Assembly (NCBI GenBank): GCA_951406725.2
Contig: OX597818.1
Span: forward strand, 95,232,001 to 95,296,000
Length of the DNA: 64,000 nt
Source: Octopus vulgaris
Taxonomy: Eukaryota
Direction of reading: 5' to 3'
How positions within the stretch are numbered: position 1 is the first letter of the stretch; the number at the start of each line of letters is the position of its first letter. Shown piece after piece: positions 1 to 13,634 of this stretch. The translations under genes and the position numbers were made by a program. The notes under the pieces are model-generated. The model saw nothing but the letters and a program-made list of their open reading frames with translations. It searched no databases and was not told where the DNA came from.

Positions 1-530
1 CATTGGCAAACTTTTTCTTTTCTGCTTCGCCCTTGGCTATGTATACCTGTCGCCCAGCCTCCCTTTTGGATACCAGGTACAATTCCCCCTACCCCCACCC
101 TCCCAGGCTTTCCAGGCCTGTTTCTTTGTATCATAAAAATGGTCCGTCTGATCATTTGGTAGGCCCGCTTGTGGGGCGTAGGCAGAGCTAATTGTAGTTG
201 TGCTGTTCTACAGGACTAGCCTGAGCTTAAGCACTCTATTGCATACCCTGACAACCTTTATGACTTTATCTACCCATTTCTCCACAAGGAGTATGCCTAG
301 CCCCCATCTCCACTCCATCCATGTTACCTTGCCAGAAGATTTTGTACCTATGTGCCTTACCTGTGAGAACCCTAGCTGAAGCTCCTCTCCATCTTACCTC
401 TTGTATGCATACATCGACACATCTCCTTTCAAGCATCTCTACAATCTCACTAGACCTACCTTTCAGTGTGCCTACATTGACTGTGCCAACTCTGAAAACT
501 GGGAAAGGAATATGGGGTGAGGCTTGATGA
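1..530 (-). mobile_element. RTE-type LINE endonuclease region fragment
   Basis: Minus strand reads GILLVEKWVDKVIKVVRVCNRVLKLRL..SAYAPQAGLP, an APE-domain pattern. Confidence 0.7.
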
Positions 531-1064
531 AAGGAGAGATGTTATTCAATGCCTGAAAAGAAGAGGGAGGTTGTCGTGTTCATTTTTTAGGCATGCTATG
601 ATTATTAATATGTAAATATAAATATACCCAGTCAATGTCTGCACAATGTATCTGTCTACCCGGTTGGTTATATCATTATTAAGCTAATGTTGAGTTACAT
701 ACATTTTTGCATGCATACAATTGGAGAATGCTAACAATTGACTACAAATTCAGTATAACAATTAGTTTTGTGATGTGCTGCTTAGATAACAGTGAGTCGC
801 ATCTGAAGATTACAATTTACTTACTATTGTTGACTTACATATAATTGTCATAAACATGACATATATTAACAATGCAATTTCTTAAGGTTCTCTATTACCA
901 AATAAGGATTCCTAACATATTTACAAGGCTATAAAATTTGGGGCAAGAATAAAATCACCCTAGTACTTAATTGACTTCAATGGGTTTAAACCCATAACAT
1001 AAACAAAAAGCATTTTGTTCAATACTTGACCGTTTAGTTAATTAACTCCTCTTTATATATTAAC

Positions 1065-1298
1065 CCTTATTTCTTTATTGCCCACAAGTGGCTAAACATA
1101 GAGGGGACAAACAAGGACAGACAAAGAGATTAAGTCGATTACATTGACCCCAGTGCCTAACTGGTACTTAACTTATTGACCCCGAAAGGATGAAAAGCAA
1201 AGTCAACCTCTGTGGAATTTGAACTCAGAACATAACGGCGGACGAAATACTGCTAAGCATTTCGCTCCGCATGCTAACGTTTCTGCCAGCTTGCCGCT
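1065..1298 (-). mobile_element. tRNA-derived SINE family A (many copies across the window)
   Basis: GGCGAGCTGGCAGAA..GAGTTCAAATTCC..CCTTTCATCCTTTCGGGGTC..AAGTACCAG. Further copies at e.g. 7090-7265, 18085, 18680, 18880, 22735, 25025, 31500, 31711, 43800-44490 and 55475-55915. Confidence 0.85.
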
Positions 1299-1734
1299 TC
1301 TTATATATTAACCCTTTCATACCAAACCACCTATGACTGCCCCTGGGTCTATGATACAAACTTTATGTTTTAAAATGATCTAAATTAAAACCTTCCAACA
1401 AAATTTCATGTTAATTTTTGTTCTTGATAAAAAAAAAGTTTTTTACTAAATTCTTCATTATTTTCAAAATTATTTGAAACAAAGTCCATGTATGAAGTTT
1501 ATTTCAATAGAAATATGTTAACAAAAGGACTAGTCCCAGCTTAGAAAAGAGTAAAATAGAATTTTTTTTAAAGTTGTCAATAACCTTTAAAGTACTTTGT
1601 GATTTACATTGTTATCATTATTAATGAAATTTTACTGTTTAAAAACTAGTTAAAATCTCCTTATATCTTCACTTTATAATGGAAATTATAGAAAGCAATA
1701 AAGGTGGAGAAAAACTGTTATCAAGGTTATTTAA

Positions 1735-2633
1735 CCCTTTCGTTACTATATTTCTGACCAAAATACACCCCTCATGAGTTTCAATTAAATTCTAAAATAA
1801 TCATGAATCTAGGCTTGTTTCATTAAATAACTGTAACTTTTTTACTTATCAACATATTAATGTGATATTTGGAACATAATTAAAGAAAGGGTTCTTAATC
1901 AATTCTATTGCATAACTTTTGTCTCAAAGTGACTTTAATTACAGGTAAATCCAGGTAAATTGAGCAAAAGGTAAAAATATTAAAATTTTGTTTAAACATC
2001 ACCATAGAAAATGAATCATCAGCTAATATTCAAATGGGTATGCAACAAAATTTTGATAAAGAAGAATTGTGCACATCACTATATCATCAGTTGAATTTAA
2101 TGCACAACAGGCGTACCATAAAGGTAGAATAAAGGGAAATACAATCCACCGTAAGTTTGACCGAACTAAAGAAATCGGTCAAAAAATAATATACGGCCCT
2201 GGTTATGGTATGGAAGTGATAAATTCCAGACCACATCGTTCCCTAGGCCATGAGGACTAACATTATTTTCCCTGTATAAAAACTAAATCCACAACAGTAC
2301 CCAGTATTTGTTTCACAAATTTTCCAATTCGGAATCAATGCTTGATAACATGAAACTCCTATCCATTTTCAAAGTTGCAGAAAAATCGATGCCGAAAAAA
2401 ATATGGAAAAAAATCTCCCAAAATTCAGGGAATTAAAATTACACGTCGATCGCTGTACAAAACTGTCGATGAACTGTTTACGAAGCATAATCACGTGTTT
2501 TCACGAATGTACTAAAGAGATTTGCTCTGATATTCTCATTTAAATATGAATAGGTAAATTCGGGCGGGTTTGGGCAGTTTGGTCACATTAACCAAAATTT
2601 TTTTCGGGCGGCTTTGGGCGGTTTGGTAACGAA
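1735..2633 (+). mobile_element. TTAA-targeting (piggyBac-like) non-autonomous element
   Basis: TTAA|CCCTTTCGTTAC at left, GGTAACGAAG at right (clipped TIR). Shorter relatives at about 1313-1530, 45260-45445, 50770-50960 and 57935-58160. Confidence 0.65.
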
Positions 2634-4599
2634 GTCTTCTTCAACAAGACTACAGATTTGCTATTAAAGTAAATTTGTGGAAAGTTTTTAAATAAATTCT
2701 CTTTTTTCTTTTCTTTTTTTTTTTTATTATTTAGAATTCTTGTCATGAACTCAGCCTACACCCATCTCACTTTTTTTTTTCATATCAGAAGCTTCCTGTT
2801 AGACCACATCACTGCAGCATGTACAACAAAGTACTCTCCAACTTACACTATTTCAGTTCTTCTGTATCCCAAAATTTAGTTGTCTTCCTTCAGTACATTG
2901 ACACTCTACTTGCTAACATTTCTAACAAACACATTCTCCTATGCAAAAGCTGCAACACAAGGAATGCATCCTAAGGCTTTGGTTTTTTCATTAGAGTCAG
3001 AATAAACATCAACCTTGATTAGTTTCTGATCTTCCACAAAGCTCAAAAAAGAGTCACATTTGAGTACTGCTTTTGTATATGAGAGACTGCTGGTACCAAA
3101 TACATGTATACATATATCCTAGAATGCCATCCAAGTGGTTTACAATAATTTAAGCACCATCACACTGCAACTCTAGCTTACAAACACAGCTTCTTCTCTC
3201 TGTCTTTTCTATCACTACTTCAACAATCTCTGCTCCTCTGAACTAGCTTACTACATTTCTGCGCCTCACATGGACATTTAACCCCTTTCCTATATCCTCA
3301 TCACAACTGTATTGTACATCCCAAACCTTGTGATAAACATTTCGATAAGTCCTTCTTCTTCAGAACTTCTCTCTATCTATGTTTTGCCTGCAGATATTAA
3401 TCTATAGATATCCAAACTATGCATCAACTGTCTCAAATTCCTCAGTCTGTGAAAGCCTGCAAAAGACACTACTATTCTTCCTATGACTAACTTTAAAATT
3501 CCCTATTTTTTCTATGATTAACATGAAAAGAGTTTTTGAGATGCATTTTTGCCAAGATTATATATGTGAAATAGTCATTGAGTTAATCAGGAAATAATGA
3601 GGCTTATCTAGAATTTGAATAATTTGAGGATGTTTTAGTTGTGTTATTCATGACTAGAAAGGTTTGAAGAACACATCTAGTTTCCTTGTTAAGTGTAATG
3701 GTTGTGTCTTTATGAGGTTAAAAGAAATTATGCTGTCAGGAAGAAAGTTTTCACAGTCTCTGTTCTGTAGACATTTGATATTAGTCAATTAGGTTGCTTG
3801 CTTGTGTGTGTGTGTGTGTGTGGAGTTCAATAAGAGTACTGACTTGTACCATGCAGTGGAAGTGCTTATAAATAAGCAAGTAGGTCATTGATGTAGAGAA
3901 GAAAGAATGTGCAGACATAATCGAATTTCAGTGGGTCACTATGACAGAAACCTGATTTTTCAAGAGATAAGAAGTAGATAGAGATCATAGACTTTGAGAG
4001 TTTGTCTTGTGATAGGCAGTTAAAGGCTTTTGCTTAAATAACTGAAGGCAAAGCAACAGCATGCAAAAGAAAGTGAGAATTGGTTGCAAAGGATAAAGAT
4101 TCATACGAAAGTGCAGAATCTTAAAGTAGAAGAGAATGATGTAAATATTTGTTCAGGTTATCATGGGAAGTAGACCATAGTTTTATGTAATCAAGGAAGA
4201 AATGTAGACATTTTAAAAGTTTTTTTCCCATTTTATCTTTTAGTCAGGAGGGAAGGTGGTACTAATGGCTCTCTATGGGGCCTCTGAGTCTGATGAGAGG
4301 GAGGAAGATATCCTCAAATTGAAAACCTGGCCTGAATAATTACAAGAGTGTGAACTCCTCTTAAAACACCCAAGGTGCCAGCTGTTGGTGTCAAATAAAG
4401 TAACAAGTTAAATCTACCAACCAAGTAAGCCACAGTGGGATTAGAGTTCAGAATTCAAGAGTCAGAACAAAAGTAGGAAGTCATCAGGTCCTACCTTTAT
4501 ACAGTTCCACCAATCTACCACCTTGAATTAGTACTTTTTATCACTCCTGAATGGATGATGGATATACTGGCATTGGTGAGATTTGAAATCAGAATGCTG

Positions 4600-5340
4600 A
4601 CCTGGGCATTACTATCAGCAGCGACTTGCACTGGATAAAGCACATCTCTAAAATTGTCAAGAAGGCCGAGGGTGTCTTGGCATCACTTAACGAGACCTTT
4701 GTTAGCTGCTCTCCAGCTATCTATTTAAAGCTGTATATGGCTATGGTGTGGCCACATTTGAAATTTGCATCACCAGTCTGGAACCCCTATCTTGCTCAGG
4801 ACATTGACCTCCTGGAAACTGTTCAGAGATGTTCAGCCAAGCAAATACCCCCCATCAAGCATCTACCATACTCTGAACACCTTACTTCCCTGGGCATAGA
4901 TATATTGAAGCTCTGACATCTGGCAACTGACTTGGTAAACACCCACAAAATTATTAACCATCGTGCCAACATCCATGTTGAGCATCTTTTTGAACTCCAT
5001 GTATCAAACACATGTGGGCATGCCTACAAAGTAAAAAAACAGCACGGCTCCTATGACTTTCAGAAACATCTTTTCACACTTAGAGTTGCTGAAGCATGGA
5101 ACTACATGCATCAGTTGTTAGTTGCTGAGGCATTGCATCCTTTAAAATCTCTATACTTCCTGAAATTCACCATCACTACACCTGATATCCCCCAACCACC
5201 ACTCCATATGCATGCACACATGTATATTATAACTCATACACTATTCATTTTCCTAACTTTTGTATTTAATTCTATGTACTGTACATACCTTTGATGAGTT
5301 GTAGTGCATCTGAGCACTATACACAATAATTTCATTATTA
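4600..5340 (+). mobile_element. CR1/L2-type LINE 3' fragment
   Basis: LYMAMVWPHLKFASPVWNPY..DIDLLETVQR RT C-terminal motif; 3' UTR ending in an (ATT) tail. Confidence 0.88.
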
Positions 5341-5892
5341 CTATTTTTTTTTAAATGCCACAAAGCATTATGCTTGATTCTCTAACAAGCACTGCACTTC
5401 ACTTCCTGTGTGTTTATCTTTGAAATATTACTATAGTTCAGTGTTTCCCAAAGATGTAGTGGGAGGAACCGTCTTGGTAGGCAAGTTGCAGTGAGATGAA
5501 CCAATGGTCATATTTAATAGGATTAAGATGTTTTTAAATATTTTAAATTTGTCCAACACCATGGTGAAGAAAGGAGAATTTAATTTGATGCAAATTCTAC
5601 TTTGTCTTCTTGTTAATGAAGAGAGAGGTAGAGAGGTGAATAATTTCACTAATATTTGGGGTGGGAAGAGGGTGTGGTATTATCTGTTTGAAAATCGTTG
5701 CTGTAGTTAGTCCTTTTTGTTTATAATGATAATCTTTTCTACTCTGGGCACAAGACCCAAAATTTTGGGGGAGGGGGCCAGTCGATTAGATTGATCCAGT
5801 ATGCAACTGGTACTTGATTTATTGACCCCCGAAAGGATGAAAGGCAAAGTCGACCTTGGCAGAATTTAAACTGTAGTAGTAGTAGAATAACA

Positions 5893-5925
<33 letters not shown>

Positions 5926-7643
5926 TTGTATTTCAGGATGGTCATTTTTTTTTTTCCAAATAAACACACACACTATAATATTCGTTCTTCACGTGTTTAT
6001 TACTGTTCTTATTTTAACTCATGTCCAAATCTGGAAATCTTTTGCCACACATCTGTGACCTCCTCAGCAACACTTTCCGTCTTCATGTGTGCTCTTGCTC
6101 TGCTTATTCCATTTTGTTCTTCTATGATGTGTATCCTTATATGTGCATGCGTCTGTGTTTGTGTGTGTGTGTCATTGTTCTTAGTAGCACTATGACCCTC
6201 CCCTCAACCCTGTCCTCTACCCCATTGCTGCTGCTGCTGCCCTTGAACCCAACTTTATGTACCGTTCTTGTAATTCACTGTGTTTGTGTTCGCCCATGCT
6301 GCTGCCATCATGGTAGGTGTTGTTGTTGCTGTTTTCTTCTTCTTCTTCTTCTCCTCCTCCTCCTCCAATCAGGACTCACGCCATTAGCCACAAAGAATAA
6401 TCTCTAATTCGAGCCTACTCTAAGCTACTAAGAATGCGTGTGGCAACTTGAAGATCCACCCACCACACGCGATAGTCTGGTGGTTGCACAGGCGTGAAAG
6501 CTACATTGTTATCCTCATTCCATAAACGATGGCTTTTAACGGGTGAAGAGCTGAACCATCCTGGGTACAGAGGATTCGCAATCTAGACTAGGGTCTGAAA
6601 GTTTACCACACCATAGTGGGTTCCACCATGGTTCCTCTGCTTTGTGGCAGAAGTATTAAGAAAGAGTGAGAGAAAGTTGTGGTGAAAGAGTACAGCGGGG
6701 TTCACCCCCCGTCCTCCGCCGGAGCCTCGTGGAGCTTAGGTGTTTTTGCTCAATAAACACTCACAATGCCTGGTCTGGGAATCGAAACTGCGTTCTTACG
6801 ACCGCGAGTCCACTGCCCTAACCACTGGGCCATTGCGCCTCCACTGTTGCTGTCGTTGCCATTGTTGTTAGTTGTGTTGTTGTTATGGTTGCAGCCATCT
6901 CTAAAGTTACTGTATCTGTGTTTGTTAGGTGTGTATATGGGTTCACTTTCTATGTTGTTTGTATCTATGCCCTTTATACAGTTTTTTTTTTTAATGTCTC
7001 TAATTTTTTAATATTTATCATAGGTATGTGCATATATGTCTATTGTACGTGTATTATGCTGTTTGTATCTTTTTTTTTAGGCACAAGCTGGGGCTAGTTA
7101 ATTACATCAGCCCCAGTGCTCAACTAAAATTTATTTTATCAATACTATAAGGATGAAAGGCAAAGTCTACCTCGGCAGAATTTGAACTGTGAATATAAAG
7201 CCAGAAGAAATGCTGCTAAGCATTTTTTTGTTTTCGCCATGCTAACAATTCTGCCAACTTACTGTCTTTTTACATAAAACGGTAATCTGACAGAATGATG
7301 GCTTTGAGTGTGAGGTGAAGCTGTTCTATTTAGGAATCAAAATGAGGCTGATATTCTAAATGTATTGTCATTGCTGTACTGACATTATTGCATGTATTAT
7401 TTTCTGTATGATTGAAACAATTCTAGATGGATACTAGTTTCATAAAACAGCTTGGTTATTCAGTTTGAAAAAGCATCTTTGAGAGAAACGATCACGAGTG
7501 ACTATGAATATATTTGGACAAACACTACATGACATGGCAAGAATATTGCTGGTTAATAACAATGAACTTTCTGTCTATGCCCCAGATATCACAGACTTGG
7601 TGGCAATTTTTTGCAACTACAGTAACAACTAAAGATTCTGAAG

Positions 7644-7777
7644 TAGGCGCAGGAGTGGCTGTGTGGTTAGTAGCTTGCTTACCAACCACATGGTTCTGGG
7701 TTCAGTCCCATTGCGTGGCACTTTTGGCAAGTGTCTTCTACTATAGCCTCGGACCACGGAAACTGAAAGAAGACCGT

Positions 7778-7827
<50 letters not shown>

Positions 7828-7876
7828 ACGGGCTTCTTTCAGTTTCCGTCTACCAAATCCATTCACAAGGCTTTTG

Positions 7877-7923
<47 letters not shown>

Positions 7924-8135
7924 GTGTGTATATGTTGTGTATCTGTGTTTGTCCCCCAACATCGCTTGACAACCGATGCTGGTGTGTTTACGTCCCCGTA
8001 ACTTAACAGTTCGGCAAAAGATACTGATAGAATAAGTATCATGCTTACAAAGAATAAGTCCTGGGGTCAATTTGATTCGACTAAAGGTGGTGCTCCAGCT
8101 TGGCCACAGTCAAATGACTGAAGCAAGTAAAAGAA
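7644..8135 (+). mobile_element. tRNA-derived SINE family B with internal TA microsatellite
   Basis: GGCGCAGGAGTGGCTGTGTGG..GGTTCAGTCCC..GGCAAGTGTCTTC..AATGACTGAA. Copies at e.g. 23020-23425(-), 23637-23992, 38325-38737(-), 41315-41700(-), 56797-57100 and 60095-60365. Confidence 0.85.
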
Positions 8136-8431
8136 TAAAAGAAAGAAAAAGAAAAGTATGATGACCGTATTTACACCTACTTTACAGTATTCAAGGCACA
8201 TGACTCAGTGGCTAGAGTGTTGAGCTCACAATCATGAAGTAGTGAGTTCAATTCCTGGACTGAGCTGTGTGTCGTGTTCTTGAGCAAAACACTTTATTTC
8301 ACATTGCTCCAGTTTCACTCAGCTGTAGAAATAAGTTGCGATATCACTGGTGCCAAGCTGTATTGGCCTTTGCTTTTCCCTTGGATAACATCAGTGGCAT
8401 GGAGAAAGGAGACTGCCTGATACAGCTTGGC

Positions 8432-8486
8432 ACAAGTGATGTTGCAACTCACAAGTGATGTCGCAACTCACAAGTGATGTCGCAAT
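8432..8486 (+). repeat. 19-bp tandem repeat, about 3 copies
   Basis: CAAGTGATGT(T/C)GCAACTCA repeated. Confidence 0.9.
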
Positions 8487-8682
8487 GTATGTGTGTGAGT
8501 GTGTGTGTGTGTGTGTAATACATTTTGTAAAAGAGACTTTCAAAGATGTTTGTGGATTGACAACATCAAAGAATGCATTGGAAACAAGAGCCTGGCAGAT
8601 TGTATGCATGCAGAACAACACAGAGAGAAGGGGAGAGTCTTGGTAAGCTAACCCCTTGGACACATGGAGGGCATCTGGCTGC

Positions 8683-9080
8683 TACAGAGTTCAGTTCTAT
8701 GTAGTGGCTTGCTAACCACTTTCTTCTGTCTTGTAGGGGTATTTACTCTATCTTCTAAGCTGTTTTCACAGCTGTTCTGCATTCAAGATTTACTTTATTT
8801 CCTGTAAAATACCAGCTTACTTGGTGCTTTTATGTTTGTTTATGAAAAGTGTTCTCACATTTCGAAAGTTATCATTTAACATTATAAAAGATGGTATTCA
8901 TTATCAGGGATCACTTACCTTAATGGTACAGAGTGCTCAGCTGGAATTTGAGAGGTACAGAGTTCAATTCTGTGTAGTGGCTTTCTAACCACTTTCTTCC
9001 ACCTTCTTAGGGTATTTACCTGATCTTCTAAGCTGTTTTCACAGCTATTCTGCATTTGAGATTTACTTTATTTTCTGTAA
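8683..9080 (+). repeat. Local direct duplication (~125 bp, 8683-8807 and 8957-9080)
   Basis: TACAGAGTTCA..GTAGTGGCTT..ATCTTCTAAGCTGTTTTCACAGCT..GATTTACTTTATTT occurs twice. Confidence 0.85.
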
Positions 9081-9489
9081 TATATGTATGACCATCTCCT
9101 CCATTTTTCTTTTCAGCAACTGCTGATGCAGCATAAAAATCACCTGTGCTGGCACCACATAAAAGGCATCTGTGCTGGTGCCACATAAAAAGCACCCAGT
9201 ACTCTCTGTAAAGTAGTTGTTGTTAGGAAGGGCATCTGGCTGTAGAAAATGCATCAAAACAGACAACTAGAGCCTGGTGCAGCTCTCTGGCTTGTCAGCT
9301 CCTGTCAAACCATCTAACCCATGCCAGCATGGAAAATGGACGTTAAATGATCATGACAATGATGGTGATGATAATGATGAGATGATTACTGTGCACTGTT
9401 AAGTTTGAAATGATGATTTGCATATTTATTTTTAATATGTTCCAGCAGATTCAATGAAAATATGCTAGACCTATGTTTTACGGAAATAA

Positions 9490-9680
9490 TAGGCACATCT
9501 GTCTAATGATATTCATGAAAGTTGTAATAATGATTCATGTATATGGTTTAATAAGATTGAATATAAATCTTTAAAACACTTCTATACCCTCCAAAATCAA
9601 TGGAATTGCTGAAAGAATTGTTACAAGTGTGAAAGGGGTTCAAAACCATACCCATAAAGTAACAATTCTATTAATGTATA
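9490..9680 (+). mobile_element. Highly decayed LTR-retrotransposon integrase remnant
   Basis: LYPP..NGIAERIVTSVK resembles the YHPQSNGxAERxVxTvK integrase motif. Confidence 0.4.
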
Positions 9681-10699
9681 TTTAAGCCATAAAATTGTAT
9701 TGAACAATCCTTTACTAAGGAAAATTTCTAAGTTCATCTACTTTGATTGTTTGATTTACAGAATGTAATCACCAATAACTATATCATATGAAATTGCAGC
9801 TCTTGCTGGCATAATTGCAGAAGAAATGATGAACAACAATGGCAATACCAAATGAAACTGCTGCTCTCTTTGGTATCACAAGAGAAATGATCATCTCAAG
9901 CAGGAAATAATACAGCTGTAATCCTTAAAGGTGAACAGGGCATATAAATGCATGTAAATCAACTAAACAATAACATATATTAGTTTCAAATTTTGGGACA
10001 AAGGCAGCAATTTCGAGAGAGAGGACTAGTTGATTGAATTAACCCCAGTGCTTAACTGATACTTTATCAACCCTGAAAGAATTTGAACTCAGAACATAAA
10101 AATGAATGAAATGCTGCTAAGCATTTCACCCACTGTGCTAACAATTCTGCCACCTCACCGCCCTATGCAGTGATTTGTATATTGATAGTGAACAAAATGC
10201 TGAATCAGTCCCTCAAACTTTGAATGATATTTCAAACTTATTTCATAAGGATGGGAATTAAAAGAAGAAGGTGATGATGGTGGTGGTGATGATGATTTTT
10301 GACAGCTGATACAAGAACAAAGGTTGTAAATGATGTGAGACGCAATCTATGAATAATGAATGAAATGAAACTAATGCATTTTTCAGGATGCTATTAGATA
10401 CTATGCTAAATCTTTTTGCATGATTGCACATGATCGAAACTATTTAGAATGGCTACTAGTTTGATGAAACAAATTGGCTATTCAGTTGAGGGAAAGGATT
10501 CCATGTGACCACAACCATATTTCAATGAACACTCCACAATAACACATGCATAGACACACATGCATGCACACGCATGTGTGTGCATGCACAAAAACACACA
10601 CACACATGTACAATAAGGTTTCTTATTCACTTGGCACAAAAGTGTTTTATTTTGTTAGGGATGGCAATGATGAGCTGATAGAATTGATAAAATGTTATA

Positions 10700-11470
10700 A
10701 AAAATAATATAATATAAGGAACTTACTGTATACAGTGCTTAGGTACACTGCAACTCATCAGAAAAAGTAATCAAAACTGCATGAACAGTATATAGGATAT
10801 GCACAAGAACTGAACCATGAATAAGTCTTTAAAAAAACACAGAGTGGTGGGGGGTTCAAGTGTACTATTGGCAAATTTCAGGAAGCATGGAAGTTTCGAA
10901 GGCTGTAGAGTCTCAACAGCTAACAACTGATGCATGTAATTTATGCCATGCTTCAACATTCTGAATGTGGAAAAATGTTTCCGAAAGTCATGGATGCTGT
11001 GTTGTTCTTTTGATTTTGTAAGCATGTCCATGAGTGTTATCATCATTATCATCATCATCCTTATCATCATTTAACGTCTGTTTTCCATGCTGGCATGGGT
11101 TGGAATTCAAAAAGATGCTCAAGGTTGTTGTTGGAAAAATAGTGGATAATCTTGTGGGTGTCTACCAAGTCAGTTGCCAGAGACTGGAGCTTTAATGTGT
11201 CCATGACCAAGGAAGCAAGATGTTCTGAGTATGGTACTTGCCTGACAGTGGGTATTGGTCTGGTTGTACCTTTCTGAACTATTTCCTGGAGATTGATATG
11301 CAGAGCAAGATAGGGGTTCCAGAGTGGTGATGCACACTCTAAGTGTGGACGCACCATGGCCATATACAACTTTAAATTAGATAACAGGAGAGCAGCTGAC
11401 AAAGGTCTCACTGAATGATGCTAAGACACCCTCAGTCTTCTTGACAATTTTAGAGATGTGGTTTGTCCAA
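10700..11470 (-). mobile_element. CR1/L2-type LINE 3' fragment (same family)
   Basis: LYMAMVRPHLECASPLWNPY; interrupted by a (CAT)n-tailed repeat at about 11040-11100. Confidence 0.85.
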
Positions 11471-11595
11471 TGATTTGCAGATTTTGTCCTAGCTCTACAT
11501 TGTGAATTCAAACCCCACTAGGATCAATTTTGCTCTTCATCTTTTTGGGGTTGATAAAATAAAGTACCAGCCTACTACTTGTGGTATGAGGGAAC

Positions 11596-12219
11596 TGTAA
11601 TGCAGGGAATAAAATACAGTTCACCCACCTCTCGTTGGCTGTCCAGCTGTGTTAAGTCCAAACATGTGTCCTATCCATCTCACCTAATGTTAGCAGCTGC
11701 TACTACCAATCCCTGCTAGCTTGCTCCACTCGCATCCATTTACCACGACTGACCTAGACTGAAAGAGGATGACCCTAGTCTTGCTTCCCTCACTTCTTCT
11801 CTCCCACTTCCTGTTCCAGTGGAACCCCTTGAGTGTTCACATCACAGCCCTTTCCTTCTGGTTCATCTCATCCCCATACGTCCCCCACCTGATCTCAAAG
11901 ATCACCTCCTCACTTCACTCCATGTAATCTTCCATCTTCCGCTCTTGCCCTCTTTAGGCTCTCCTGTATCATTGCCACCATCCCCTCTCCCACTTTGTCT
12001 CCCCAGTTTGCCCTGTCTGCTCATCTCTTGATGTAGCTGCATGTTGTTCATAGCGGAAGAGAGAGAGGGCCTGCCTTTGTGCAGGGGGGTGGGTAAGTTT
12101 GGTCAAGCCCCTGAAGGCATGCTGCACATCTCAGTAGAACAGAGGAACAGTGACAGTGGTTAATTCCAAAAATAATGTTTCTGTGGATGGAATACCATGT
12201 CATGTCTTGGATGTTCACA
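11596..12219 (+). mobile_element. LTR-like repeat (TG...CA), copy 1
   Basis: Starts TGTAATG and plausibly ends GTTCACA. Its first ~270 bp recur at 13359-13634, with partial copies at 12254-12432 (inverted), 12433-12575 and 12680-12836. Confidence 0.5.
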
Positions 12220-12836
12220 GAATTGTCACTTCATCGGACAATGAAGGTGGAGATGAAGAGAACAAGGCCCCCTCCCCGCAGAGATTACAGTGTGTGAGGC
12301 ATCCACTTGGGTGATGGCAGATTTTGACATGGAGTGAAGTGAGGAGGTGATCTTTGAGATCAGCGGTGGGGGGGCGTGTAGGATGAGATGAACCAGAAGG
12401 GAAGGACTGTGATGTCAACAGTCAAGGGGCTCTTTCCTTTCAGTTCATCTTATCCCCACACACTCACTGATCTCAAAGATCACCTCACTTCACTCCATGT
12501 TGAAATCTGCCATCCACTCAGGTGGATGCCTCACATGCTGTGATCTTCACAGGGAAGGAGCCTTGTTCTCTTCAGCATTGGGGTTCCCCTTTTCAATGCT
12601 ACTCTACCATCCACTGCTGACCATCACACACCAGCAAAAAATCTTTGTCCTCAATGGTGTAAGTAGTACAATCCCTCGTGGAGCTTGTTCCACTTGTGTC
12701 TCTTCACCACAACTGCTGCAGACCAAAAGTGGATGATCCTGGTCTTGTTTCCCTCACTTCTTCTCTCCGCCTTCCTGTTCATGTGGGGCCCCTTGACTGC
12801 TGATGTCACAGCCCTTTCCGTCTGGTTCATCTCATC

Positions 12837-13360
12837 TGGTGATGGTGAAAACACAGATATACCAATTGAACGAAGAGGACACCAAATTATTGTTACAACC
12901 AACCACATATTTGTTATTGGTCGATTTAACCCAACCTACTCAGGGTTGTTTAATGAGGTATGGTCCTTTAACATATCAACAAACTTATGGACAAAGTTAA
13001 AAACAACAGGTCCGGCACTAACACAGGTTGCTTCTCATTCAATGTGTCTTCTTGGAAACAAGATAATTGTGTTTGGTGGATCAGGCCTGTCATTTGGCAT
13101 GAACAGTAGCAATGACATTTATCAACTCGATCTTCTCAAGCAAGAATGGTAACTTATCCCCTGCCAACCATCATTAAATGGTGATGCTGCAAATTTCCCT
13201 TCAAAGAAATATGGGCATACTATGCATCCAACTGACAATTACAAATACATCTGTGGTGGTACAGAAGGTACAATTTACATGAATCTTGAACTTAGCACAA
13301 AATCTTGGGAATATATTGAATGTAAAACCCCACCAGAACCAAGACATTGGCATGGAATTG
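12837..13360 (+). pseudogene. KLHDC10: Intronless kelch-repeat gene fragment, KLHDC10-like
   Basis: One frame reads PIERRGHQIIVTTNHIFVIGRFNP..LFNEVWSFN..VASHSMCLLGNKIIVFGGSGLSFGMNSSNDIY..W*LIPC..PSKKYGHTM..YICGGTEGTIY..PEPRHWHGI. This is collinear with my recollection of KLHDC10 (PARSGH..LFRELW..LASMSL..FGGTGIPFGESNGND..PSRIYGQAM..FGGTTGYIY..PEERYRHEI). In-frame TAA at 13150-13152; truncated at both ends. Confidence 0.8.
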
Positions 13361-13634
13361 TAATGCGGGGAATAAAATATGGTTTACCTACCTCTCGTTG
13401 TTGGCTGTCCAGCTGTGTTAAGTCCAAACACATGCCCTACCTGTCTCACCTAGTATTAGCAGTTGCTACTACCAATCCCTGCTAGCTTGCTCCACTCACA
13501 TCCATTCACCATGACTGCCCCAGGCTGAAAGAGGGCGACCCTGGTCTTGCTTCCCTCACTTCCTATCTCCCCCCTTCCTGTTCCGGTGGAGCTCCTTGAC
13601 TGTTGACATCACAGCCCTTTCCTTCCAGTTCATC
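13359..13634 (+). repeat. Direct repeat of 11596-11868
   Basis: TGTAATGCGGGGAATAAAATA...CACAGCCCTTTCCTTCCAGTTCATC aligns end to end with copy 1. Confidence 0.9.

Noticed and set aside
4285-4335. CTGATGA-GAGG...CCTC-aaattGAAA
   Set aside because: GAAA is not adjacent to stem II, and there is no stem I or GUH.
5739-8070. Short ORFs rich in YI, CV, ER, LS or poly-I/L, here and throughout the window
   Set aside because: They are translations of microsatellites and SINEs with no coding signature.
8432-8486. CRISPR-like array
   Set aside because: Contiguous tandem units with no spacers, in a eukaryotic context.
12685-13485. Functional KLHDC10 gene
   Set aside because: In-frame stop, internal deletion, mutated GG motif, truncated ends, repeat-derived termini.
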